From positions 16,276 through 80,275 of the forward strand of contig JBNKHI010000010.1 of assembly GCA_050290265.1 (NCBI GenBank): a stretch of 64,000 bases of DNA. The letters run 5' to 3'. The notes under the pieces were generated by a model. The model was not told the DNA's origin. It worked only from the letters and a program-made list of their open reading frames with translations, and did not search any database. The translations under genes were made by a program, and so were the position numbers. Shown piece by piece: positions 1-8,342 of the stretch (position 1 is its first letter; the number at the start of each line of letters is the position of its first letter). The stretch is from Cellvibrionaceae bacterium. GTDB taxonomy: Bacteria > Pseudomonadota > Gammaproteobacteria > Pseudomonadales > Cellvibrionaceae.

Positions 1-366
1 GCGATTCTTATTACGCCTTTTTATGGTGCGCAGCCACCCTGTTTAAGCGTAATTCTGTGACTTATAAAAACGTAGAAAAAATAAAAAATAATTTTAGAAA
101 ACAACAGGTTAAGAAATTAAGCCGCTCATCCAAAATACGAGTTAGAACAGACAAACCTGGAGAAATCACTAAGATAGGGCGAGGCATTATTTTTTTGCGC
201 CATTTTATGGCTGCCATTTTGGCGAATAATTTTTGCGCATGACGCCATTCAATGGCCTTAGGCCGACAGTTTCCAGTAAAAAACGACCGTCCAAGCGAAT
301 ATTGCGCAATTAGCAGCTTACATTTTCTGCAAAAATTTGATGATCAACAGTGGGTTTTAACAAGCA

Positions 367-389
367 TTAAAAAGGGCTGCCAAGCCCTT
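367..389 (-). terminator. Rho-independent terminator (minus strand)
   Basis: Stem aagggct (372-378), loop gcca, stem agccctt (383-389). On the minus strand the stem runs into a U-tract. It lies downstream of the 474-941 minus-strand reading frame. Confidence 0.6.
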
Positions 390-653
390 AAATGCATCAG
401 AAAAATGACGTGTAGTTTTATGAAGAGGTTTCAGATCCTGCAGCACGCAGTGTAACGAGCAACGTGAAGGTGGTTATACATTATCGTCCATCCCGGTGTT
501 TTTGCCGTCGAGGCTCACCCGGTTATTCTCGCTCCAATACTCTTTTATTCCATCTCGGCCACGATTATCGGCCCACTTAACAAGCGTATCCCGCTCACCT
601 ACAAAGTCATAAAACGGCACCGAAAAAGTATTACAGCCATAAACTGACGTTAA

Positions 654-941
654 CTAACCTCTTTTGATACGTACAACTTTCATATATTCAAAACTAATAC
701 CCGCTACTTCTTCATTCGCCAGGTAGTACGTCATATTCACTCGCGCACCTTTTAAGTTTTGATAATTGCCCTTCCGTTTAAACTTAAACGGAACATCACA
801 ACCTTCGACCATGACGGAGTGTAAGATCCACTCGCCCTGCTCCCTCTGCGTATGAGAAACAACCTTCATAAGCTCAGAATGCAAAAGCTCCCGGTTTTTC
901 TCCACTAACTTAGCAGGATCTGATGTAATTTTTTTATTCAT
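654..941 (-). CDS. Hypothetical small protein (95 aa); frame continues past its TAG stop
   Basis: ORF track. No family recognised. The frame stays open for 59 more codons after the TAG at 654-656 (see findings). Confidence 0.5.
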   Translation of the reverse strand: MNKKITSDPAKLVEKNRELLHSELMKVVSHTQREQGEWILHSVMVEGCDVPFKFKRKGNYQNLKGARVNMTYYLANEEVAGISFEYMKVVRIKRG

Positions 942-1201
942 ACGTCCTTCCAGGCGGAGCCATTATAAACATAACACTCAACGTTGGGACTGAGTGAACG
1001 AAGGCCATAGTTTAACCTATTTTACGGTAGTCGTTTCGGCTGTGCGGCTGTCAGTGCGGACGAAAGTAATGCGGAGCTGGCGCTTACAGCAGTGGATATC
1101 TGCGCGTGTCATGTCGTGTCGTAAAAAAATGATCGGCGTCGATTTCTATTTCAGCCTCTACAACGACATTGTCACAACATGAAAACTCGCCATTTTACTG
1201 A

Positions 1202-1660
1202 TCAGCTCTGGCGTAGTGCGTCTATATTGCCCAATATGTTCAATATTCGCCTATCGTTTTCAGCAAAGGCTTCTTCGCCTCGTTGCTGATGATTAACTAA
1301 CTGCTGCTCCCACGCCTGCATAAAATCTTTTGGCGCAGTTGCCAAGCTGGCATCGCCGACAAACCCGGCCCCTAATTCCGGCTGAAATGATAACAAGCTG
1401 TGATCTTTGAACGAAATAGCCCCGGTATCATAAAGCCTTTGACTCAGCTTCGACATATCCAGCGGCGACATATGCCTGACATCATATTGTTTTGCGACAT
1501 CAGCCACCGATTCTGCCCTGCCTAGATTCACAATGGTGGCACCCGGCTGCGCTGTTTCTATCGGTTTTGGCTGACTACCAAGCGGCAATGTTTCGCCGCG
1601 TTCATAATTTTTAGTAGCAACACTTGCCGATATAAATGGCTGCACCCCATTCATAACCAT
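1202..1660 (-). CDS. Hypothetical protein (152 aa)
   Basis: ORF track. A GGGAGG Shine-Dalgarno sits about 8 nt upstream of the ATG at 1660 on the minus strand. No family recognised. Confidence 0.55.
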   Translation of the reverse strand: MVMNGVQPFISASVATKNYERGETLPLGSQPKPIETAQPGATIVNLGRAESVADVAKQYDVRHMSPLDMSKLSQRLYDTGAISFKDHSLLSFQPELGAGFVGDASLATAPKDFMQAWEQQLVNHQQRGEEAFAENDRRILNILGNIDALRQS

Positions 1661-1784
1661 CGTTCATGCCTCCCTATTAGGTTTGCTAGTGCTAATGCAC
1701 TACAAAAGCAACATCCATGCCTACGATTTAAGCACACCACAAACCTAAACAAGCCCGTGTTTATTATGGGATAAACGACTCGAC

Positions 1785-1985
1785 TTATGCATGACCTACT
1801 GGCTTGGAGAAAAATACAAATGGAATAGCCAAAGGCCCGAATAGCGCACCCATTACTACCCAGAATGAAACGTTGGCCCTTCTTTTTTTAGCGATGGAAT
1901 AACAAATACCGGTGCACACCATAAAAATTAGCAGCACGGCATAAATAGGGTTCATAACGATACCTTTACGATACCTTTCGGCCAC
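1785..1985 (-). CDS. Small two-TM membrane protein (start may be the internal Met at 1955)
   Basis: Hydrophobic segments IYAVLLIFMVCTGICY and VVMGALFGPLAIPFVFF. It starts 3 nt after the signal peptidase stop, suggesting co-transcription. Confidence 0.45.
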   Translation of the reverse strand: MAERYRKGIVMNPIYAVLLIFMVCTGICYSIAKKRRANVSFWVVMGALFGPLAIPFVFFSKPVGHA

Positions 1986-1987
1986 AA

Positions 1988-2656
1988 CTACAGCGTATGA
2001 AAAAACCTGTTTTTACGCGGGATATAAAAATTATCGTAGTTAAGCGACAACACAACACTCTTAGCTCGACCCACTATCTCATGCCTTGGAATAAGACCAA
2101 TGACTCTAGAGTCCGCACTGTTATCTCTGTTGTCGCCCATTGCGAGATAATAACCAGCAGGAATCTGCAGTGGTTGAAAATTTGATAACCTGGAACCGTG
2201 TTTATCGATACGGATGAGATGCTCCACACCCACAAGGTTTTCCTGTAGATCTACCGTTGAAGCAGTTGAAGCAGTTGAAGCAGTTGAAGCAGCATCTTTA
2301 TAGGCTATAGGCTGCCCGTTAATAATTAAGGCGTTATTTCTAAGCGCAACAATATCACCCGGTATACCAACGACACGCTTAACAAGCCTTTTTCCAGACA
2401 CCTTTGAATCAAAAATGATGATGTCTCCCCTGGCAGGGTCTGAAAGCTTGAGCAAGGACACGTTCGTAAACGGCACTCTGACATCGTATGCTAATTTGTT
2501 TACAAGAATCCGGTCGCCTTCTACGATCGTCGGCTTCATTGACCCAGTTGGCACTTCATTCCAATCCGCAACAACACTGCGGTAGACAAACATTAACGCA
2601 ATGAAGAGCAGGAATGACTTATTTTCTCGCCATATTTTCAGAATCCGATTTTTCAT
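1988..2656 (-). CDS. lepB: Signal peptidase I (S26 family)
   Basis: N-terminal TM helix, catalytic Ser box GSMKPT, Lys box KRVVGIPGD and the GDNRDNSADSR box. Confidence 0.9.
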   Translation of the reverse strand: MKNRILKIWRENKSFLLFIALMFVYRSVVADWNEVPTGSMKPTIVEGDRILVNKLAYDVRVPFTNVSLLKLSDPARGDIIIFDSKVSGKRLVKRVVGIPGDIVALRNNALIINGQPIAYKDAASTASTASTASTVDLQENLVGVEHLIRIDKHGSRLSNFQPLQIPAGYYLAMGDNRDNSADSRVIGLIPRHEIVGRAKSVVLSLNYDNFYIPRKNRFFHTL

Positions 2657-2792
2657 AGAGCTACTCCTGACTTGAATTTAGGTTTCAAATAACACTTCAG
2701 ACACCAGAGGAAAACCACAGCAACGCAAGCGCGAAGGTTGTGACTTCCCAGCAGCGTGACTGGTCATACGTTAGTTTCACAGCCTTACCCTG

Positions 2793-3077
2793 TTAATCAA
2801 CACCACTGATTTCATAGTGTCGCTCAATATTTACAGTAACGGCTCCCCACGCTGACTGACGAACTCGATCTTGATGATTCGCAAATGAATGTCGATCAGC
2901 AAACTCCTCATAGACATTAAATCTATTCGGATTTTCAGTATCCTGAGAAACGTTGAAAACTAAACAACCGCTTTCTTGCCGAGTTAACTCGATATGATTG
3001 ACGAGTTCTAATTTTACAGCGGCCATCTCAGAGTCGGGCACGACTATGTGCCCTTTAAGAACAACCTTAGTCAACAT
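2793..3077 (-). CDS. Antibiotic-biosynthesis-monooxygenase (ABM) domain protein, quinol monooxygenase-like
   Basis: 94 aa, with an ABM-like pattern (GCLVFNV...NPNRFNVYEEFADRHSFANH). Confidence 0.7.
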   Translation of the reverse strand: MLTKVVLKGHIVVPDSEMAAVKLELVNHIELTRQESGCLVFNVSQDTENPNRFNVYEEFADRHSFANHQDRVRQSAWGAVTVNIERHYEISGVD

Positions 3078-3164
3078 TGATTTCCTATATAGGTATAACG
3101 CGATGCTTTTGGCGCTGGATAAAAGTGTAGCCGCCGCAAGGCCAACAGCGCATTGTTATGCACA

Positions 3165-3437
3165 TTATTTATTGGCTTTACCATAAATTTTAACTTGAAT
3201 AATTGACACTAATAAATATAAAAAAATCCCTACCAATGAAGCTGGCACGTATATTAAATAGGCCCAAACACAAGCTTCTGACACACTATCCAGTGCACAC
3301 AATCTATAATTTCTGATAAAAACGAAAAACAACGGAATACCAAGGGCTAATAAAAACACACCCATATTTCTAATTTTATAGAGGGCAACTATGCACCCCA
3401 CTATTAAAGCTATTAATATAAATGCCCCAAAAAACAC
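3165..3437 (-). CDS. Small integral membrane protein
   Basis: Three hydrophobic helices in 90 aa. No family recognised. Confidence 0.45.
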   Translation of the reverse strand: MFFGAFILIALIVGCIVALYKIRNMGVFLLALGIPLFFVFIRNYRLCALDSVSEACVWAYLIYVPASLVGIFLYLLVSIIQVKIYGKANK

Positions 3438-3538
3438 CTCAAATACTCTCTATGGTATAGAACATTTTCATTCGCATAACACCCAGTTTGGGGCCACAAT
3501 GCGACGGTTTGTCAGGCGCAAGATAAAACCCAGAATGT

Positions 3539-3763
3539 TCACAGTGCTTCCTGCCCTACTATGCAGAACCCATGGCCGAATGGATCACTACAAAACGCTA
3601 CTGGAGAATAACCGGAAACCCTGTGCTCTTCTTCAGATATTGCGCCTGCTGCTAATGCCTTTTTAAGGGTGCCCTCAAAATCTTTGACCCGGAAATCAAT
3701 GTGCACCGGCGTCCAGTACCGTCTAACGACTGCCTCAATGCTGACCTGTGGAGCGCAAGGCAT
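3539..3763 (-). pseudogene. C-terminal half of a VOC/glyoxalase-like domain (probable remnant)
   Basis: VHIDFRVKDFEGTLKKALAAGA...DPFGHGFCIV matches only the C-terminal half of glyoxalase-like domains. The longer ORF form (to 3850) overlaps the upstream VOC gene by 71 nt and has no recognisable N-terminal half. Confidence 0.4.
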
Positions 3764-3779
3764 CCACTGTAGCCATTGG

Positions 3780-4139
3780 CTATGCGCCCAGCTCTGACCA
3801 AACAGCAAACTCATTGCCACAGGGTTCTGTGAAGTGGAAGCGACGGCCACCCGGAAAAGAGAAAATCGGCTTAACTATTTTACCGCCAGCGTTAGATACC
3901 TTAGCCAACGTCGACTCAAGGTCGTTGCTATAAAAGACAAGCAAAGCCGCACCGTTTGAAGTATTTGAATGTAAGTTTGCCTTAAAGAATCCACCATCAA
4001 GGCCCTGGCCCGAAAATGCGGTATAGTCAGGGCCATAGTCCACGAAGGACCAGTTGAACGCCTTTTCGAAGAATGCTTTTGTCGCACTGAGATCAGCAGA
4101 CCCAAACTCAACGTAATTCAGCTTTTCATGTTCGTTCAT
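3780..4139 (-). CDS. VOC family protein (glyoxalase/bleomycin-resistance fold)
   Basis: 119 aa: LNYVEFGSADLSATKAFFEKAFNW ... GGRRFHFTEPCGNEFAVW. Confidence 0.8.
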   Translation of the reverse strand: MNEHEKLNYVEFGSADLSATKAFFEKAFNWSFVDYGPDYTAFSGQGLDGGFFKANLHSNTSNGAALLVFYSNDLESTLAKVSNAGGKIVKPIFSFPGGRRFHFTEPCGNEFAVWSELGA

Positions 4140-4390
4140 AGAGCTTCCTCAAGTGGTAGTGTATAACGCCCTGCACAAGAGCCGGCTGGAGCATAGCGTA
4201 AGGAGGTTTAAATTCATAAGCTCGAAAACCTCTTCTACCCCATTCGCCATGCGGGAAATAACGTGGCCTAGGATATTAGCGCTAATCCACAGGAGCCACC
4301 ACAAACCGACACTAGGGCTAATTTTTTCAAATACCTAATCTTCGGGATTATGGCTGGCTTGCCAGGGGGGGGTGGTGGCAATGTAATAGC

Positions 4391-4858
4391 TCATCGTGTG
4401 CGATAGCTATAATGACAGGCAACACATGAGCTGGTTACTTTCTGAAGTGCACTGTATGCATTCTTTAAATCACCTTGTTTGGCGATTTTTGAAAATTCTG
4501 TTGCCGCAGTATGCATACTCTGACCTATATTTCGCATTTCAACAGGCATAAACCTGCCTGGGCCTATACCCGTGCCACGATGCTTCCCTATTGAACTTAG
4601 CCCCATTTTAGTTTCTGCAATATCTGCAGCTGCATCAAGGTTATTGGATGCGAGATAACCGATTATTTGGTTCAAGGACAATAGATGGTCCAACATATCT
4701 TTACGCATAAGCTCGCGTGATTGATCAGGCATTGATACTAATATACGAGTATCTCCACCAGCAGAACTTTCTACATTTTGAGATTTGTTAATTGCTTCTT
4801 CGCTATGAGCAGTTTGAGATGCGAGTAAAATCAAAGAGATAAATACGTTTTTGTACAT
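4391..4858 (-). CDS. Class II c-type cytochrome (cytochrome c'-like), exported
   Basis: Signal peptide MYKNVFISLILLASQTAHS. A single CxxCH (CVACH) lies 8 residues from the C-terminus, the class II arrangement. Confidence 0.7.
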   Translation of the reverse strand: MYKNVFISLILLASQTAHSEEAINKSQNVESSAGGDTRILVSMPDQSRELMRKDMLDHLLSLNQIIGYLASNNLDAAADIAETKMGLSSIGKHRGTGIGPGRFMPVEMRNIGQSMHTAATEFSKIAKQGDLKNAYSALQKVTSSCVACHYSYRTR

Positions 4859-4988
4859 GAGAATATCCTCTGTTAAAGACTATTTTCTAAATGATATACG
4901 TACAATCTAGCAAGTTCCTAACAGTCGCGTAATAGGCGCAAGCTTGCGAGCGTCCTTATTGACGCGTTTGTTAGCTGGCGGGCTAGAA

Positions 4989-6620
4989 TCATGCTAGTTT
5001 CTTTTCCTTGGCAGGCTTTCCCTTTTTCTTTATCTCAAGGACTGGATCAACCTCTATTGCTGAAATGGAAACACTGAAATTCAGTGTTTTTAACGTTTTC
5101 AGTGCATTTTTTAAAGTCACTTTTGAAAAAAACGGCAGGTCTTTGGGGATATCTCGATTTGCGGCAACCGCATAGATTATTTTATATTTACTTGGGTCTG
5201 GCCTAGAGTCAGTGCATGTCAATTTTGAGGATTTTGGAAGTTTATCATTTAATCGCCTCCTGAAATCAGCATCACCAATAAACGCCTCAGAAGCAACAAA
5301 CCCCTGTGAGAACAGGTGACTTAAAGTGGCAGAACTTCTGTAGTACTTAACATGAATAAATTCACTGGAGTCTTTAATTAAATCGCAAAATTCGAGTTTG
5401 TCATGAGGCCCGCCAATTTTTACAAACTTCTTATCCATTAATTCAATGTTATCAAATGATGCGACCACAAATTCATTATAGTCCTCCTCTCTGTCGTGCG
5501 AGTAGGTAGGAAATTTAAAGTCGTAGACATCAAAGCCTTCCAAGTACTTATCTACACTAGCCACGAAGTCTGTATTTACGATATACCACTGACCATTTCG
5601 CAAAATGTATTGCTCATTTTCTGTAGAAACCTCTGCATATATACATCTGTAAGCGGACCATTTCTTAATAGAATTGTACTCGCTATCGTTAATGTGAACA
5701 CTTTGATTCTTAAGACTATCTGATGTCAAAGGTATGCTTTTTTCAATAAAGTACTTTACCAAATCATCAATTTTTAGGACAACGTGCCTAGGTGTCTTTT
5801 GATACAAATCGAACGAATAGCCAACTTGTGATTCCCAATCGATAATCTCCGGCTCTCCAAGCCACATATTCTTAAATTCACCTTTAGCTAGAATATCATC
5901 AAGCTCTAGATCCAATACCTCATGCAGCTCTTTATCCTTAACTCGTTGAATATTTTCAACCCACTCAAAATCCTTAGGTAGAGATGATTTATACCTCAGC
6001 AAACACTCTGAAAGAATTTCTTTTAACCCATTTAGATTCACTTCTAAGACTAGAGTAAGTGCATCCCTTCCAGTCACATGAGAACCAAATATTGGAACCG
6101 TAGATGCACCGGTTACCGCGTAAAGCATGTCCATTTCAGAGTCAACATCTAGATCAAACACACCCAAATCGATTGAACTCTGTGTTCTCGAATTAAGGGG
6201 GTTGTGATCATAGCTAGCCTTATCGAGGCTTCTTAATTTGTCTGGGTCTACGGAATTTAGCGTTACACGTAGCCCGAAATCTCTTTCTATAGCTTCATTC
6301 TTAAGAAGATGAAAACCAGTCCCAAAAGTCAATACGAATAGGTTTTCATCCAGCCTAACCATCAATGCAGCCCCGACAGATCTTCTACCTCCAAATATAT
6401 CCTCTGGTAGATCCTGATGTTCTGTAAAGAGCTTTGTCCATGGAGGTGGCGGCTTCGGGGGCTCTTTTTTTACATAAAGAGTCGCTTCAAGACCCTGTAC
6501 TTCCATCTCGATAGGGGGCTTAGAGTTCTCGAGATTAACTGCCTTTGAAACGTCGCACTCAATACCTGTCTTGGCTAGGTATATGGATAACTTCTCTTTC
6601 CTTTTCTTTGGCGTTCTCAT
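4989..6620 (-). CDS. TIGR04141/DUF6119-like 'sporadically distributed' protein with PD-(D/E)xK-like C-terminal region
   Basis: 543 aa. N-terminal LSIYLAK, FGTGFHLL and FGLRVTLNSV motifs are recalled as family hallmarks. C-terminal LEFCDL...FIHVKYYRSSATLSHLFSQG. AT-rich relative to neighbours. Confidence 0.8.
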   Translation of the reverse strand: MRTPKKRKEKLSIYLAKTGIECDVSKAVNLENSKPPIEMEVQGLEATLYVKKEPPKPPPPWTKLFTEHQDLPEDIFGGRRSVGAALMVRLDENLFVLTFGTGFHLLKNEAIERDFGLRVTLNSVDPDKLRSLDKASYDHNPLNSRTQSSIDLGVFDLDVDSEMDMLYAVTGASTVPIFGSHVTGRDALTLVLEVNLNGLKEILSECLLRYKSSLPKDFEWVENIQRVKDKELHEVLDLELDDILAKGEFKNMWLGEPEIIDWESQVGYSFDLYQKTPRHVVLKIDDLVKYFIEKSIPLTSDSLKNQSVHINDSEYNSIKKWSAYRCIYAEVSTENEQYILRNGQWYIVNTDFVASVDKYLEGFDVYDFKFPTYSHDREEDYNEFVVASFDNIELMDKKFVKIGGPHDKLEFCDLIKDSSEFIHVKYYRSSATLSHLFSQGFVASEAFIGDADFRRRLNDKLPKSSKLTCTDSRPDPSKYKIIYAVAANRDIPKDLPFFSKVTLKNALKTLKTLNFSVSISAIEVDPVLEIKKKGKPAKEKKLA

Positions 6621-6707
6621 CCTAATCCCTCATCAGGGCCAGTTTTTATATTCAGCTAACGCTCAAAGCAGCGGTGCGAAGCATTCGCTGCCTTTGCTTG
6701 TTAAATG

Positions 6708-7727
6708 TTACTGTGAATCCAGTTTCATTGTTGTTTTCGGAATTAGCTCAACAACAGACCTTGTAGTATTTGACTGTTGAGAATCAGATTTAATAAACCC
6801 AGTGTCTTGCGGTGAAAAAATACAAGCGGATGCATGGTTAAGCACTATATCTTTACTTTCTTCAGTTGCTGCCGAATCGGTGATGGCTGTGTACGTCATC
6901 AATGCATTTTGCCTATGCTTATTAACGATGGCGCTATGCTTGTGAGATAGAAAGTTTTTGGCCGATAGAAACAGCATATAAGATATAACACCAAAAATGA
7001 GAATCTTGCTCGTAACAAGCTGTATAGACTGAATGGTATCTTCGGGCTGCAACCAAGACCATTTATGAAAAAATATACTCAAAAAAGCATAAACACCTAG
7101 ACCCAAAGCCAATTTGGTAGTTCTTCTTCGCCAAGTTTCTGCTAGTGCTTCATGCGCCTCCGCCTCATCTTTAAAGTAAATCGCTTGCTGTGAAACACCT
7201 TGCTCTGCTGCAACTTTTCTAACATCTGCAAGAACACCTTGTGCTTGTTCTTGATGCTCAGTTAACTGCTCAGTTATTTCTGATGCTTCATCTTTTACAT
7301 TTTGAAGCATTGCACGAGCTTCATTTTCCATCCTTTGAAAATCAACAGACTTACTCGTACCATATGATATAAATGGGAAGAGTTTCTGAAATGCAGGATC
7401 GTATGCATTCCTAACCTGTTGGATTAATTGATCTCTAGGCTGGGTAGGATTCTGGTTTTCTACAGTAGTTGGATCAAAATCTAAAACCTCCTGAAACCTA
7501 TTATAGTCAGCATCGGCCTGTTGCTTGATTTGAGCAAGTATTTGGTCTGGAAAGTCATCCAGCGTCGAAAGGCCTAACTGATTGTAGAGCCTAATAAGTT
7601 TTGATGCTGGAGCCACAATAGCAGAGAAATCAAAATTCCTTCCCAGTTCTTCCTCTCTAGCAAGGCTTTTCGGATCAAATGCCTGCATCCGAGATAGTGA
7701 CGCTTGTGTTTCTTCCAGTTGACTCAT
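6708..7727 (-). CDS. Coiled-coil protein with two C-proximal TM helices (unknown family)
   Basis: 339 aa. About 200 aa of charged helical sequence, then the TM helices LALGLGVYAFLSIFF and ILIFGVISYMLFLSAKNF. It lies 87 bp upstream of, and co-directional with, the DUF6119-like gene. Confidence 0.75.
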   Translation of the reverse strand: MSQLEETQASLSRMQAFDPKSLAREEELGRNFDFSAIVAPASKLIRLYNQLGLSTLDDFPDQILAQIKQQADADYNRFQEVLDFDPTTVENQNPTQPRDQLIQQVRNAYDPAFQKLFPFISYGTSKSVDFQRMENEARAMLQNVKDEASEITEQLTEHQEQAQGVLADVRKVAAEQGVSQQAIYFKDEAEAHEALAETWRRRTTKLALGLGVYAFLSIFFHKWSWLQPEDTIQSIQLVTSKILIFGVISYMLFLSAKNFLSHKHSAIVNKHRQNALMTYTAITDSAATEESKDIVLNHASACIFSPQDTGFIKSDSQQSNTTRSVVELIPKTTMKLDSQ

Positions 7728-8002
7728 TTTTTCTCCTTACTCGGATAAGACATTTAACATCTATGGACACCCCATTTTTTGCAAGTAAAAAAGCACTGAC
7801 AATTAGGTTTTGCAGCCATCTATTCGGATTTCCAATGAAGCTTTCTTTGGCTTCTATCCCTGATGAACTTCGCTGACCTGGCTCTAATCATTTTAGCGTT
7901 TTTCAAAAAACGATGTTAAACACAGAGTGCCCAAGTCACGGTCTGACCTGCTTTGTCATCAACTTACTTTACTCAGCAAAACAAGGGTATCTAAACTTTA
8001 TA

Positions 8003-8297
8003 TTAAACAGCCACTTGGCTGTACCGTCTATCGTGGGCAAGTATGGCCCAAACAATCCTGACTAATTTGTTCACCAATGCCACCACGACTTTGTTTTTAT
8101 GCATCCTACACAACAGGCTTTGAATCCATTCGTAATACGGCTTACCAGGTTTAATTTGCCTTATCACTGCTCTTGCTCCATGGATAAACATCCGCCTTAA
8201 ATAGCTATCATTTTAATAGCGCGCATGCGCGGTTTCCCGGCAAAGCGATTACTAGCTTTGCCGGTTTAGCTATTTGATTTAACGGTAGTTTTTTCAT
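8003..8297 (-). mobile_element. Internally deleted IS110-family transposase remnant
   Basis: The 62-aa ORF (8003-8191) ends ...HGARAVIRQ...KNKVVVALVNKLVRIVWAIL, like IS110-family C-termini. A 29-aa ORF with an AAGGA RBS (8208-8297) in another frame may be the N-terminal stub. Total length is far short of an intact transposase. Confidence 0.5.
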
Positions 8298-8342
8298 AGT
8301 GACTCAATCCTTCGTTCCAGAAATACGGGCATGCGCGCTATT
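8215..8342. repeat. 14-bp perfect inverted repeat pair flanking the transposase stub
   Basis: aatagcgcgcatgc (8215-8228) and gcatgcgcgctatt (8329-8342). An internal 10-bp stem-loop ccggcaaagc/gctttgccgg lies at 8237-8264. Confidence 0.7.

Noticed and set aside
57-455. Two plus-strand ORFs (57-242 and 252-455) at the left edge
   Set aside because: They have a K/R-rich, low-complexity composition, no convincing RBS and no family resemblance. The region also contains a minus-strand terminator hairpin (372-389). Treated as non-coding.
994-1182. 62-aa plus-strand ORF between two minus-strand genes
   Set aside because: It has a GTG-type start in the track, no RBS and no recognisable family. It is probably intergenic or promoter sequence.
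8003-8191. Functional transposase or intact IS element
   Set aside because: Only about 60 C-terminal residues remain, no DEDD-type catalytic N-terminal domain is present, and the total remnant is about 300 nt.
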